Assembly: GCA_038916785.1 (NCBI GenBank)
Contig: JBCLBO010000004.1
Span: 6,086-70,085 of the forward strand
From: Candidatus Hydrogenedentales bacterium
GTDB taxonomy: Bacteria > Hydrogenedentota > Hydrogenedentia > Hydrogenedentales > GCA-2746185
DNA length: 64,000 bases
Direction of reading: 5' to 3'
Shown here: in pieces, positions 18,740 through 27,749 of the stretch
Numbering within the stretch: position 1 is the first letter of the stretch
Layout of the letters: every line of letters begins with the position of its first letter
Position numbers and translations under genes: made by a program
The notes under the pieces: generated by a model
The model's input: only the letters and a program-made list of their open reading frames with translations
Told to the model about the DNA's origin: nothing
Databases searched by the model: none

Positions 18740-19456
18740 ATGAGCCAGCGGGTATATACCGTCTCCGATTTGCACCTGTTCTGCCGGCGATCGCTGGCGG
18801 AGCGGCATATGCCGGCGATCACGCGGGCCGTGGGCGACGCGGACACCTTCGTCTTTAACGGCGACATTTTCGATTTTCGCTGGAGCGTGCTTCCGACGGC
18901 GCAGGATACCGCGCGCGAAGCGGTGCGCTGGCTCGAGCGCGTGGTGCAGGGCCGGCCGGAATGCCAGTTTCACTACGTGCTCGGCAATCACGATCACGTG
19001 CAGGTGTTTATCGACCAATTGCACGAACTGGCCGAGCGCACGCCGAATTTTTCGTGGGAACCCTACTACCTATCGATCGGCCGGGCGCTGTTCCTGCACG
19101 GGGACTGCGTGGTGTGGAAGATGGGCGCGCGCGGCCTGGAGGAGTTCCGCCGCGGGTGGCTGCAACAAGAGTCGCGCGGGGAGTGGGTGAACAAGGTCTA
19201 CGACGCCGCGTTCCGCGCGCGGGTCCACTGCGCGGTCAGCCGGATGTACTATCCGCGGGCGCGCGTGATTTCGCGGCTCGCGCATTATCTGGACGACATC
19301 GGCCACGGCGCGGGGTCGGAGACGAAGGCGGTGTACTTCGGCCACACGCACCTGGCGATCGACGGGATCGAGCGTCGCGGGCAGCGGTTTTACAACGGCG
19401 GCGCGCCGATGCCGGGGCTGGCCTTCAAGGTGTTGCGCGCCGATACTCCGGCGTAA
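18740..19456 (+). CDS. Calcineurin-like metallophosphoesterase
   Basis: Internal start MSQRVYTVSDLHLF, then GDIFDFRW ... LGNHDH ... FGHTHL. This is the canonical metallophosphoesterase motif set. The upstream part of the longer ORF (18542) translates repeat DNA. Confidence 0.65.
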   Translation: MSQRVYTVSDLHLFCRRSLAERHMPAITRAVGDADTFVFNGDIFDFRWSVLPTAQDTAREAVRWLERVVQGRPECQFHYVLGNHDHVQVFIDQLHELAERTPNFSWEPYYLSIGRALFLHGDCVVWKMGARGLEEFRRGWLQQESRGEWVNKVYDAAFRARVHCAVSRMYYPRARVISRLAHYLDDIGHGAGSETKAVYFGHTHLAIDGIERRGQRFYNGGAPMPGLAFKVLRADTPA

Positions 19457-20329
19457 TCACGCGGGGGCGATGACTTCCAGCGCCTGCGCCAGCACGGTGC
19501 AGCGGGCCGGGAGAAATCCAGCGGCGTCGCCGTCGACCTGGAGGGGCACGGGCAGGTCGCTTGCCGCCTCGAGTTCGATCACCGCCCCCTGACGATAGAC
19601 CACGTCGCTACGATCCGGAAATCGCGGGCTCCATACCGCAAAGGCGATCGCGAGCAGCTTTGGGATCGAGAGCCGGTGCATCGCGCAGAGGTCGAGCCGG
19701 CCGTCGTCGAGTTTGGCGCGGCGGGTCGTCGGGAACAGTCCGGCGGAATAGCGGCAATTGCCCACGACGGCGTAGGTCGATGTTTCGCTGACGACGTCGC
19801 CGTCCACACGGGCGCGGATCGGCGCGTGATTGAAATGCAGCCCCACGTGAATTGCGGGAGCGATCCAACGGGCGACGCCATGCAGTCTGCTCTTGTGGTC
19901 CGCGACCCGCCGGACCACGGCTCCGTCGAGTCCCGCGCCGATGCCGAGGAGAAACCGGCGGCCGTTGACCACGCCGATGTCGATACGGCGCGATGGCCCG
20001 GCGGCGATCAGCGCGGCGAGCGCCGCGGGATCCACCGGGAGCCGGAGCTCGCGAGAGGCGACATTGGCGGTGCCGGCCCGCAGGATGGTGAGGCGCGCGC
20101 GGCCGGGATCCATGCCATTGAGAACTTCGTTCGCCGTGCCGTCTCCGCCGACGGACACAAGGCACTCGGCGCCGGAGGCCGCGGCGATCGCGGCGGCGTC
20201 GCCGGCGCATTTCGTGAACGTGAGCGAGGCGGGAACGGAGCGGCGCTCAAGTTCGCGCCGGAGCGACTCGGCCTTCGTCTTGCCCTTGCCTCCGCCGGCG
20301 GCGGGATTGGCGATGATGTGTACCTTCAT
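19457..20329 (-). CDS. Diacylglycerol kinase catalytic-domain lipid kinase (YegS/BmrU-like)
   Basis: MKVHIIANPAAGGGKG ... LVSVGGDGTANEVLNG is the DAGK_cat signature. Confidence 0.7.
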   Translation of the reverse strand: MKVHIIANPAAGGGKGKTKAESLRRELERRSVPASLTFTKCAGDAAAIAAASGAECLVSVGGDGTANEVLNGMDPGRARLTILRAGTANVASRELRLPVDPAALAALIAAGPSRRIDIGVVNGRRFLLGIGAGLDGAVVRRVADHKSRLHGVARWIAPAIHVGLHFNHAPIRARVDGDVVSETSTYAVVGNCRYSAGLFPTTRRAKLDDGRLDLCAMHRLSIPKLLAIAFAVWSPRFPDRSDVVYRQGAVIELEAASDLPVPLQVDGDAAGFLPARCTVLAQALEVIAPA

Positions 20330-20346
20330 GCGGCGCAGTGCGCGGG

Positions 20347-21198
20347 TCAGTGGGTCATCGCGTAGACGACGACGTTGATGCCGAGCGGGTAGGATTTTTT
20401 AACGGAGAATTCGCGGAAGTATTCTTCGGCGAGGCCTTCTTGCTGCCAGCCGTCCTGGATATCCGTGTTGTGGCTCATGAAGACCATAAGCCGGTTGTTC
20501 TTGTCGAAGATGCCGCGGATGTGGGGCGTCTTCGTTGCCTCTCCACGCTCGGAGGTGGTGCCGCGGTTCTGATACCAGAACTCGATGCAGGGAATCTGCG
20601 GGATTTCCTTGATCTCGAAAACAATGTGGAAGATGTCGTGCGTGAGGGGTATGTCCCGTACGGCGTACTCGTTGCCGGGAAAAATTTTGTCTATTTCGTA
20701 GAGCCAGTTTTCCCAGGCCAGCTCACCCCAGAAATCGTCTGCGAAGAGGAAGCCGCCATTGAGCAAGTACTTGCGCATGGCCGCAGCCTCTTCCTTGCTG
20801 AACCCCGCCGTGCCGACGTCGGTCATGAACACGATCGGATAGTTGAACAGCGCCGGATCGGTCGCGCGCAAGGCGACCTGGTGCGGCGTGCCGTCGGGGT
20901 TGCGGTTGATGCCGATGTTGGTCAGTTGCGAGAGGCGGGTCATGAAGTTGAGGCCGCCGTCGGGCCATTCGGAGGACCAGCCGTATCCGAGCCATTCGTC
21001 GAAACCGTTGTTGTCGTATTGGATGGTGCAAAACGTGAAGCGGTCACCCGCGAATTCTTTCACGGTGGGCGGATCGGGGAAAACCTCGAAGCGCGAGTTG
21101 CGCCCGCCGAAAAACTGCGCGGCGGCAGGCAGCGCGAGCAGCGCGGCGGCCAACGCGAGGGTCAATCGAAAAGTGAATGCAGACACCTGGGCAACCAT
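20347..21198 (-). CDS. Secreted hypothetical protein, DUF4159-like
   Basis: Signal peptide, then conserved stretches GFLFADDFWGELAWENW and FDKNNRLMVFMSHNTDIQDGW reminiscent of DUF4159 family proteins common in PVC/Acidobacteria. The family call is from memory only. Confidence 0.35.
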   Translation of the reverse strand: MVAQVSAFTFRLTLALAAALLALPAAAQFFGGRNSRFEVFPDPPTVKEFAGDRFTFCTIQYDNNGFDEWLGYGWSSEWPDGGLNFMTRLSQLTNIGINRNPDGTPHQVALRATDPALFNYPIVFMTDVGTAGFSKEEAAAMRKYLLNGGFLFADDFWGELAWENWLYEIDKIFPGNEYAVRDIPLTHDIFHIVFEIKEIPQIPCIEFWYQNRGTTSERGEATKTPHIRGIFDKNNRLMVFMSHNTDIQDGWQQEGLAEEYFREFSVKKSYPLGINVVVYAMTH

Positions 21199-21284
21199 TC
21201 CTACTGGACACCCCCTATTATACCGCGTTTCGCGGGCGAGTTTCGCGGCGGGTGTGGCCCGATCCTTCTCTCGATTCGCAAAGG

Positions 21285-21554
21285 CGCGGGACGACTTCGT
21301 CGCGTCCCGGAGGGACGCCTCGTGTTTGGCCCTTCAAGCGGATCGCGAGGCGTAGAATACGGCGGATTCGAGTGGTGTCGTCCCGGAGGGACGCTGTGAT
21401 AGTAGCCCGCCGTTTCAACGGCGGGTGAGCGTGATCCAATCATTATTAGTCCCGATAGGGACGGCTGAACACGCGCTCCTTCGTTCCCGGATCAGCCGTC
21501 CCTTACGGGACTCAATCGCATCGGATCGGCTACCCGCCGTTGAAACGGCGGGCT
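21285..21554. repeat. REP/BIME-like cluster with nested perfect inverted repeats
   Basis: Outer 23-bp inverted repeat agcccgccgtttcaacggcgggt (21404-21426) pairs with acccgccgttgaaacggcgggct (21532-21554). Inner 21-bp inverted repeat agtcccgatagggacggctga (21448-21468) pairs with tcagccgtcccttacgggact (21492-21512). Two copies of gtcccggagggacgc lie upstream. The inner motif recurs at 58295-58315. Confidence 0.8.
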
Positions 21555-21700
21555 ATTGTCATGTGGCCCCTCCGGGGCATGGGCGACTCGCCGCGATGAA
21601 CATTGGTGCGTCGCGCGGCTACCGTTGCGCGACATCTTCGAAGCATCAAAAACCGATTGATCCCGCGGTAGGTATTTCGGCAGAAGTTCGGCGCCGCGCG

Positions 21701-22339
21701 TCAATCGAGCTTCTTCAAGCGAATATTGCGGAACTCGAGCACCGAGCCGTGGCCGAGGAAGCCGATGTGTCCGGCGGTGTTTTTGAGGCCGGGGTGTTCT
21801 TTGCCGTCCATCGCGCCGCTCTTGGTCGCTTCGTCGAGATCGGCATCGACGATGGTGACGCCGTTGAGGACCACCGTGATGTGGCGGCCCTTGGCGATGA
21901 CTTCTTCCTCGTTCCACTCGCCCACCGGCTTGAGGTGGTCGCGCTTGGCGGCAACGATGCCGTAGACCGAACCGTGGGCCTGGTAGGGTTGGATGTCCTT
22001 GTACTGAGGGTCGCGATCGTCGAGGATTTGGATTTCCATGCCGGAGTAGGCCGAGTCGCCGCCGAGCGGCGATCGGATGCCGAGGCCGTTGTTCGCGCCC
22101 GGGGTGAGTTTGAACTCAAAGCGGAACGCGAAGTCCGCGTATTCGCCGGCGGTGTACAGATTACCGCCAGGCTTGCAGACGATGACGCCGTCTTTGACCG
22201 AGTAGCCGGCGGTGTCTCCCACCCAGCCGCTGAGATCTTTGCCGTTGAAGAGGGGTGTGAACCCAGCTTCGTCCTCGGCAATCGCGCACGCGCACAGCAA
22301 AGCGATTACTGCCACACTCGCAAGAATTCTGTTTGTCAT
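21701..22339 (-). CDS. DUF1080 (3-keto-disaccharide hydrolase / LamG-like) domain secreted protein
   Basis: Signal peptide MTNRILASVAVIALLCACA, then the hallmark FNGKDLSGW ... YSGMEIQILDD ... HIGFLGHGSVLEFRNIRLK. The longer ORF start (22414) translates the REP hairpin. Confidence 0.7.
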   Translation of the reverse strand: MTNRILASVAVIALLCACAIAEDEAGFTPLFNGKDLSGWVGDTAGYSVKDGVIVCKPGGNLYTAGEYADFAFRFEFKLTPGANNGLGIRSPLGGDSAYSGMEIQILDDRDPQYKDIQPYQAHGSVYGIVAAKRDHLKPVGEWNEEEVIAKGRHITVVLNGVTIVDADLDEATKSGAMDGKEHPGLKNTAGHIGFLGHGSVLEFRNIRLKKLD

Positions 22340-22358
22340 ATCGATCTCTTTCATGTAG

Positions 22359-22432
22359 GGGGTCGGGATTCGTTTTTCCGGGATCGGGATACCGCGCTCA
22401 ATACGCGACACCACATCCCGGAAAAACGAATC
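22359..22432. repeat. REP hairpin (26-bp perfect inverted repeat ggggtcgggattcgtttttccgggat / atcccggaaaaacgaatcccgacccc) flanking the RAYT on its left
   Basis: Read directly. The loop is 22 bp. Confidence 0.85.
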
Positions 22433-22441
22433 CCGACCCCT

Positions 22442-23113
22442 TTATCTGTCGGATGCGCGCGGTCGGCCGAGGGGTCGCAGTGCGTGTTCGAGTCCGAGCG
22501 CTTTGGCGGTATGCGTCTGCCACGCCGATGAACCGAAGGGTACTCCTCGCTTCACACTGTTTCGCGTGGCGGCGAGTTCAGCGTCAGTTTCAGGCCGGTT
22601 TACGTAGTCTTCCCATTGATCGGGTCGCGGCAGAGGCCACGGATCCAAGGAGACCGTCCAGTTGTTGGATTCGTATTGCCAGAGGCTGGACCATCGCCAT
22701 CGCTCGGCACGGTCGGTGAGGTTAGCCCTGAGCGGATTGCGCTCCACATATCGGCAGAGCCTGTAAAAGTGGTTGTCGGTCTGGACTGGGAACGATTTGA
22801 ATCTACCCTGGTAGACCGATCCAGTACCGGCGCTCTGGTGGAAGGCGTGCCAGCGTTGCGCATGTGTCACTGTCAGCCATTGCATGAACGCGGACAGATC
22901 TCCATCTTCCCGCGGCCAGAGTACGAGATGCCAGTGGTTGGGCATCACGCAGTAGCTGAGCAGGCGCACGGGTACCCGCCGCCGCGCACCTTCCAATACC
23001 TTTAGGAACGCCTGGTAGTCGCCATCGGTTTCGAAGAGCGTCATGCGCCCGACGGCACGATTGAGCACATGGAATACGTACCCGCCTGTCGCAGCTCGTA
23101 GTCGTCGTGGCAT
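22442..23113 (-). mobile_element. REP-associated tyrosine transposase (RAYT; IS200/IS605-like Y1 HUH transposase)
   Basis: 223 aa containing YVFHVLNR, the HUH motif MPNHWHLVLWP, and YQGRFKSFPV ... YVERNPLRANL. Near-identical REP hairpins lie on both flanks. Confidence 0.75.
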
Positions 23114-23126
23114 GTGCGTGAAGAGT

Positions 23127-23212
23127 TAAGGGGTCGGGATTTGTTTTCCCGGCTGGTTTGATTGCATGAGTCAGTCGATTCCGCTTGGGCCGGGAAAACG
23201 AATCCCGACCCC
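23127..23212. repeat. REP hairpin (25-bp inverted repeat aggggtcgggatttgttttcccggc / gccgggaaaacgaatcccgacccct) flanking the RAYT on its right
   Basis: Same family as 22359-22432 with one mismatch. It is followed by a T6 run. Confidence 0.85.
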
Positions 23213-23217
23213 TTTTT

Positions 23218-23997
23218 TCATTTCTTGCTTTTGTCACGGAAGGCGCGCATCGCCTCTGCATGTTCATCGGTGGTCGTGGTTAGTAGGAACTGGTCGGTGT
23301 CCATGTGCATGACGGCCTGATCGAGTGCGCCGGAGATCGCATTCACGCTGCGCTTGATCATCTGCGCGGCCATCGGCGGCTTGGCGGCGTATTGCGCGGC
23401 CAGCGCGCGGGCGCGCGGGAGGAGTTCGGCCGCCGGCACGACTTCGTCAAGGAAGCCCCATTGGAGGAGCGTGGCCGCAGGCTCCTTCTGGCCGAGGATG
23501 ACCATGCGCTTGGCGCGGGCGGGGCCGACAAGGCGCACGCAGAGCGGCAGGCCGAACCAGCTCAGGTTCATGCCGAGGTCGATTTCGGGATAGCCGGCGG
23601 TACATCCCTCCGCGCCGAGGCGGAAGTCGAGCGCGGTGGCGATGCAGGCCGCGCCGCCGAGACAGACGCCGTGGATCGCGGCGATGGTGATCTGTTCGAT
23701 CTCCAACAACGCGCGGATCATGCGCTGGCCGAGGTGCGTCGCACGGCGTCGCTCGATGAGCGGAGCGTCGAGCAACGCGGCGCGCGCCGGATCGCTGAGG
23801 TCGGCGCCGGCGCAGAAGTGTTTGCCCGCGCCGGCGAAGATGACCACGCGGGTATCGGTGTCGTCCCGGAACTTCTCCGCGCAGATGCGGATTTCATCCA
23901 TGAGCTCGACGCTAAGGGCGTTGAGCTTGCCAGGGCGATTCAACGTGACCGTGGCGACGGGGCCGTCGTGGGTCAACACAAGATTCTTATAGTTCAT
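23218..23997 (-). CDS. Enoyl-CoA hydratase/isomerase (crotonase family)
   Basis: MNYKNLVLTHDGPVATVTLNRPGKLNAL ... FAGAGKHFCAGADLS. The start is set at the internal Met matching the family N-terminus. Confidence 0.8.
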   Translation of the reverse strand: MNYKNLVLTHDGPVATVTLNRPGKLNALSVELMDEIRICAEKFRDDTDTRVVIFAGAGKHFCAGADLSDPARAALLDAPLIERRRATHLGQRMIRALLEIEQITIAAIHGVCLGGAACIATALDFRLGAEGCTAGYPEIDLGMNLSWFGLPLCVRLVGPARAKRMVILGQKEPAATLLQWGFLDEVVPAAELLPRARALAAQYAAKPPMAAQMIKRSVNAISGALDQAVMHMDTDQFLLTTTTDEHAEAMRAFRDKSKK

Positions 23998-24284
23998 CTG
24001 GACAAAGCACCGGTACGGACGTTTTAGGACTGGAAATGTATCACAATGTGAAAACACAACTGATTTTTTACAGAAGGTTAACGAAGGACCAAAGGCCATA
24101 TACAAATCCCAAAGTCGTAGCATGGGCGGCCCGCCCATGCGGGTGACTCGCCCAAGCTTTCGGCGAATCTTGGGAGCTCCCGGTCAGCGGGAATAAGAAA
24201 ACAAATTCGGCGCACGCGGAGGCGCGGAGACACGGAGAAGGCCATCTGCGCTAATCTGCGTCATCTGCGGACAAGGGTTGGCGG

Positions 24285-24608
24285 TTGTTCTCTTTCTTCG
24301 TTATCTTCGTTGCCTTCTGTAAAGGTTCTTCGAACCGCGGCCCCGTGTACAAGGTCGGCGAGCGCGTGCAGACGAATTACGAGGTCATTGGCGGAAACGT
24401 GTACGAAAGCGAATACCGCATTACCTTGCGCAACCACAAGGAGCAGGATATTGTGGTGCAGGTGGTGGAACCGATGCCGAGCGATTGGCGCATAGTGACG
24501 AGTTCGATGCCCTTTGAGAAGCGCGGCGCGCAGACGGCCGTGTTCAGCGTGCCGGTAAAGGCGAACGGCGAAGCGCAAGTGACCTATCACGTCCGAGTGA
24601 GGTACTAG
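24285..24608 (+). CDS. Stand-alone copy of the DUF4139-type C-terminal domain (partial duplicate of the downstream gene; possible remnant)
   Basis: The 107-aa ORF reads ...VGERVQTNYEVIGGNVYESEYRITLRNHKEQDIVVQVVEPMPSDWRIVTSSMPFEKRGAQTAVFSVPVKANGEAQVTYHVRVRY. It aligns residue by residue with the last 85 aa or so of the protein encoded at 24610-26031. The upstream sequence is low-G+C and carries a REP element. Confidence 0.4.
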   Translation: MFSFFVIFVAFCKGSSNRGPVYKVGERVQTNYEVIGGNVYESEYRITLRNHKEQDIVVQVVEPMPSDWRIVTSSMPFEKRGAQTAVFSVPVKANGEAQVTYHVRVRY

Positions 24609-24609
24609 C

Positions 24610-26031
24610 ATGAACAGAAGCATCGCGTGGATGGCGGCTGCGGCGATCGCGGCGGGCACGATGGGCCCGGCGCAGGCGCAGGCGCAGGGCGCGGCCGAAA
24701 CGGCGATCGGCGATCAGACCGACGTCGCCGTGACGGTCTACAACAACAACCTCGCGCTCGTGCGCGATCGGCGCAAGATCGAGCTTGGCACGGGTGAGAC
24801 GCGGCTGACGTTCATGGACGTGGCCGAGCAGATCCGGCCGGAGACCGTGAGCCTGCGCTCGGTGTCGAGTCCGGGATCGATCCGGATCGTCGAGCAAAAT
24901 TACGAATACGATTTGATGAGCCCTGAGAAGCTCATGGAGAAATTCGTCGGGAAAAAAGTGAAGTTGCAAAACTTCAGCAAGGACCTGACCGTGGAGTCGG
25001 TCGAGGCGGAGCTGTTGAGTCTCAACAACGGGCCCGTGTACCGCGTTGGCGGCGAAATTTATCTGGGCTATCCGGGGAACGTCGTGTTGCCGGAGGTGCC
25101 GGAGAACCTCATTGCGAAGCCTTCGCTGATCTGGCTGATAGACAACGACCAGGCGAAGCAGGAAGTGGAGGCGACGTACCTGACCGGCGGGCTCAGTTGG
25201 AAAGCGGACTACGTCGTGCGGATGAGCAAGGACGAGAAGAAGGCGGACATCGACGCCTGGGTGACGCTGGATAACCAGTCCGGCGCGACGTACACGAACG
25301 CGCAACTGAAACTGGTCGCGGGCGACGTGAACATCGTGCCGCAGGCGCCGGTGGCGATGATGAAGGGGGGCCGCGGCGCAGTGGCAATGGAAGCGGCGAT
25401 GATGGTCGAGGAAAGTTTCGCGGAGTACCACCTGTACACGCTGCCGCGGCGGACGACGATCAAGCAGGCGCAGTCCAAGCAGGTGAGCCTGTTCCGCGCC
25501 GGCGACGTGGCGGTGGGGAAGAAATACGAGTTCCGCGGACAGGGGTACTACTTCTACCAGCGCGTGCCGCAGATGGCGCCGGAGAAGGTGGGCGTCTTCG
25601 TCGAGTTCAAGAACGACGAGGCGAACCATCTCGGCGTGCCGCTGCCGGCGGGCGTGATGCGGCTCTATCAGGAGGACCGCGACGGGATGCTGCAATTCTC
25701 CGGCGAGGACCGCGTCGATCACACCCCGAAAGACGAGAAGGTGCGCCTGCGCATGGGCAACGCCTTTGACGTGGTCGGGGAACGCGTTCAGACGGACTAT
25801 CAGATCATCGCGAGCAACGTGCATGAGAGTGGCTACACGATCACGCTGCGCAATCACAAGGAGAACGACATCGTCGTCGACGTGGTCGAGCCGATGACGG
25901 CCGACTGGCGCATCCTCGAGTCGTCTATCCCGAGCGAGAAGCGCGACGCGCAGACGGCGGTCTTCTCCGTGCCGGTGAAGGCGGACGGCGAGGTCGTCTT
26001 GACGTATCGAGTACGGGTTAGGACGCAGTAA
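24610..26031 (+). CDS. DUF4139/DUF4140-family secreted protein (TIGR02231-like conserved hypothetical)
   Basis: 473 aa with a signal peptide (AAAIAAGTMGPAQAQAQG). The architecture and C-terminal VGERVQTDYQI ... TLRNHKENDIVVDVVEP match this family as recalled from memory. The function is unknown. Confidence 0.45.
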   Translation: MNRSIAWMAAAAIAAGTMGPAQAQAQGAAETAIGDQTDVAVTVYNNNLALVRDRRKIELGTGETRLTFMDVAEQIRPETVSLRSVSSPGSIRIVEQNYEYDLMSPEKLMEKFVGKKVKLQNFSKDLTVESVEAELLSLNNGPVYRVGGEIYLGYPGNVVLPEVPENLIAKPSLIWLIDNDQAKQEVEATYLTGGLSWKADYVVRMSKDEKKADIDAWVTLDNQSGATYTNAQLKLVAGDVNIVPQAPVAMMKGGRGAVAMEAAMMVEESFAEYHLYTLPRRTTIKQAQSKQVSLFRAGDVAVGKKYEFRGQGYYFYQRVPQMAPEKVGVFVEFKNDEANHLGVPLPAGVMRLYQEDRDGMLQFSGEDRVDHTPKDEKVRLRMGNAFDVVGERVQTDYQIIASNVHESGYTITLRNHKENDIVVDVVEPMTADWRILESSIPSEKRDAQTAVFSVPVKADGEVVLTYRVRVRTQ

Positions 26032-26034
26032 GAA

Positions 26035-26703
26035 ATGAACGCGCTGAGCGTCGCGCAGATCCGCGAGGCCGACCGGCGCTGCATCGAAGAGATCGGCATC
26101 CCCGGCGCGGTCCTGATGGACAACGCCGGGGAGGCTGTTTTTCGCGAGGTGAAGCCGGGGCCCGTCGCCATTGTGTGCGGCAAGGGGAACAACGGCGGCG
26201 ACGGTTTCGTCGTCGCGCGTCGCGCGCTCGCGGCGGGCCGGCCCACTTCCGTGATATTGCTGTGCGATCCCGATGACGTGCGCGGCGACGCGGCGCTGTT
26301 TATGAACGCGTACCGCCGGCTGGGCGGCGAGATCGTGATCGCCCGCAACGGGCCCGCCCTGAAGGCGGCGTATGCGACGCTGGGCCACTGCGCGACACGC
26401 GTGGACGCGATTCTTGGGACGGGCGTGCGCGGGGAAGTCCGCGGATTCCTGCGTGAGGCGATCGAGGGCTGGCCGGGCGGTTACACGGTAGCGGTCGATC
26501 TGCCTTCGGGGATGGACGCGGACACCGGCGCGCCCTGCGGCTGCTGCCTGCGCGCGGAGGTGACGGTCACGTTCCAGTTTTCAAAATGCGGCTTCGAGAA
26601 TCCCGTTGCGGCGCCGTATCTGGGCCGGCTGGTCGTGGCCGATATCGGGATACCCCCCGTGTGCGCGGACGACGAGGCGTGGCGGCGGCTGATGCAGCGA
26701 TGA
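26035..26703 (+). CDS. NAD(P)H-hydrate epimerase (YjeF N-terminal domain)
   Basis: IVCGKGNNGGDGFVVAR and the YjeF_N fold. No C-terminal dehydratase domain is present. Confidence 0.7.
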   Translation: MNALSVAQIREADRRCIEEIGIPGAVLMDNAGEAVFREVKPGPVAIVCGKGNNGGDGFVVARRALAAGRPTSVILLCDPDDVRGDAALFMNAYRRLGGEIVIARNGPALKAAYATLGHCATRVDAILGTGVRGEVRGFLREAIEGWPGGYTVAVDLPSGMDADTGAPCGCCLRAEVTVTFQFSKCGFENPVAAPYLGRLVVADIGIPPVCADDEAWRRLMQR

Positions 26704-26808
26704 GGGCCTTCGACGCGGGTGCATTCCCGGTGGAGGGTGTGTCATTATTTTCGAGTGAATGGACTCCGCAGGGCGCGCGCGATACGCGCCTCTAAAGGCT
26801 GACTCTCG

Positions 26809-27075
26809 ATGGACTACGCGGCGCGCGCGATATTTAGCGGTCTGACCTTGTACATGATGTTGATCCTGCTGCGCTGGCTCGGCGGGTGGATCGGCTTCGA
26901 GACGGACTTCGGCCGTTGGCGCTGGGTCAGCGCAGTGACGGACCCGCTGGTCGGGCGCGTGCGCCGCGTGCTGCCCAATCTCGGACCGGTCGACTTCGGG
27001 CCGATCGTGACGCTGTTCGCCGTGTGGATCGTCCGTGGTGTCAGCGTGAGCGTCCTGCTCGGTCCCCCGAGTTAA
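26809..27075 (+). CDS. YggT family membrane protein
   Basis: 88 aa with two TM helices and the LLRWLGGWIG ... DPLVGRVRRVLPNLGPVDFGPIV pattern typical of YggT/Ycf19. Confidence 0.55.
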   Translation: MDYAARAIFSGLTLYMMLILLRWLGGWIGFETDFGRWRWVSAVTDPLVGRVRRVLPNLGPVDFGPIVTLFAVWIVRGVSVSVLLGPPS

Positions 27076-27089
27076 CCGGTCCCGCGCCG

Positions 27090-27749
27090 ATGCCTGACGA
27101 CGCACGCGCGCCGGAGCGGCAGCGCATGGTCGAGCGGCAACTGCGCGCACGGGGCATCCGCGATGAACGCGTGCTCGAGGCGATGGGCCGTGTTCCGCGC
27201 CACGTATTCATGCCGGCGCCGCTGCGCTATCTGGCGTATCACGATCGCGCCGTGTCCATCGGCGAGAAGCAGACCATTTCCCAGCCGTACATGGTCGCGC
27301 TGATGACCGAGCTCTTGCGGCTGCGCCCGGACGATCGCGTGCTCGAGATCGGGACCGGCTCGGGGTATCAGACCGCCATCCTCGCGGAGCTCGCGGCCGA
27401 GGTCGTGACGATCGAGCGCCACGCCGTGCTCGCTGAGCGCGCACGCGCCGCCGTGGCGTCGCTGGGGTATACCCACGTCACCGTGATCGTAGGCGACGGC
27501 ACACAAGGCCATGCCGAACGCGCGCCGTACGACGCGATCCTCGTCACGGCCGGCGCGCCGAAGGCGCCGCCGTCGCTCGAGGCCCAGCTCGCGATCGGCG
27601 GACGGCTGGTGTGCCCCGTCGGCCCGCGCGAGGTGCAGGAACTCGTGCGCATCGTCAGAATGCCGCACGGCCTCGAACGCGAGGCGGGCATCCAGTGCAG
27701 TTTCGTGCCGCTCATCGGCGAAGAGGGATGGGACGCGGGCCCGCGATGA
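27090..27749 (+). CDS. pcm: Protein-L-isoaspartate O-methyltransferase
   Basis: MVERQLRARGIRDERVLEAMGRVPRHVFMP ... SQPYMVALMTELL ... VLEIGTGSGYQTAILA. Confidence 0.85.
   Translation: MPDDARAPERQRMVERQLRARGIRDERVLEAMGRVPRHVFMPAPLRYLAYHDRAVSIGEKQTISQPYMVALMTELLRLRPDDRVLEIGTGSGYQTAILAELAAEVVTIERHAVLAERARAAVASLGYTHVTVIVGDGTQGHAERAPYDAILVTAGAPKAPPSLEAQLAIGGRLVCPVGPREVQELVRIVRMPHGLEREAGIQCSFVPLIGEEGWDAGPR

Noticed and set aside
20338-21399. 353-aa ORF on the plus strand
   Set aside because: Antisense to the DUF4159-like secreted protein gene, and it reads through REP sequence at its 3' end.
24544-26388. 614-aa ORF on the minus strand
   Set aside because: Antisense to the DUF4139 gene and the YjeF_N gene. 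The composition is Arg/His/Leu-rich with no features.
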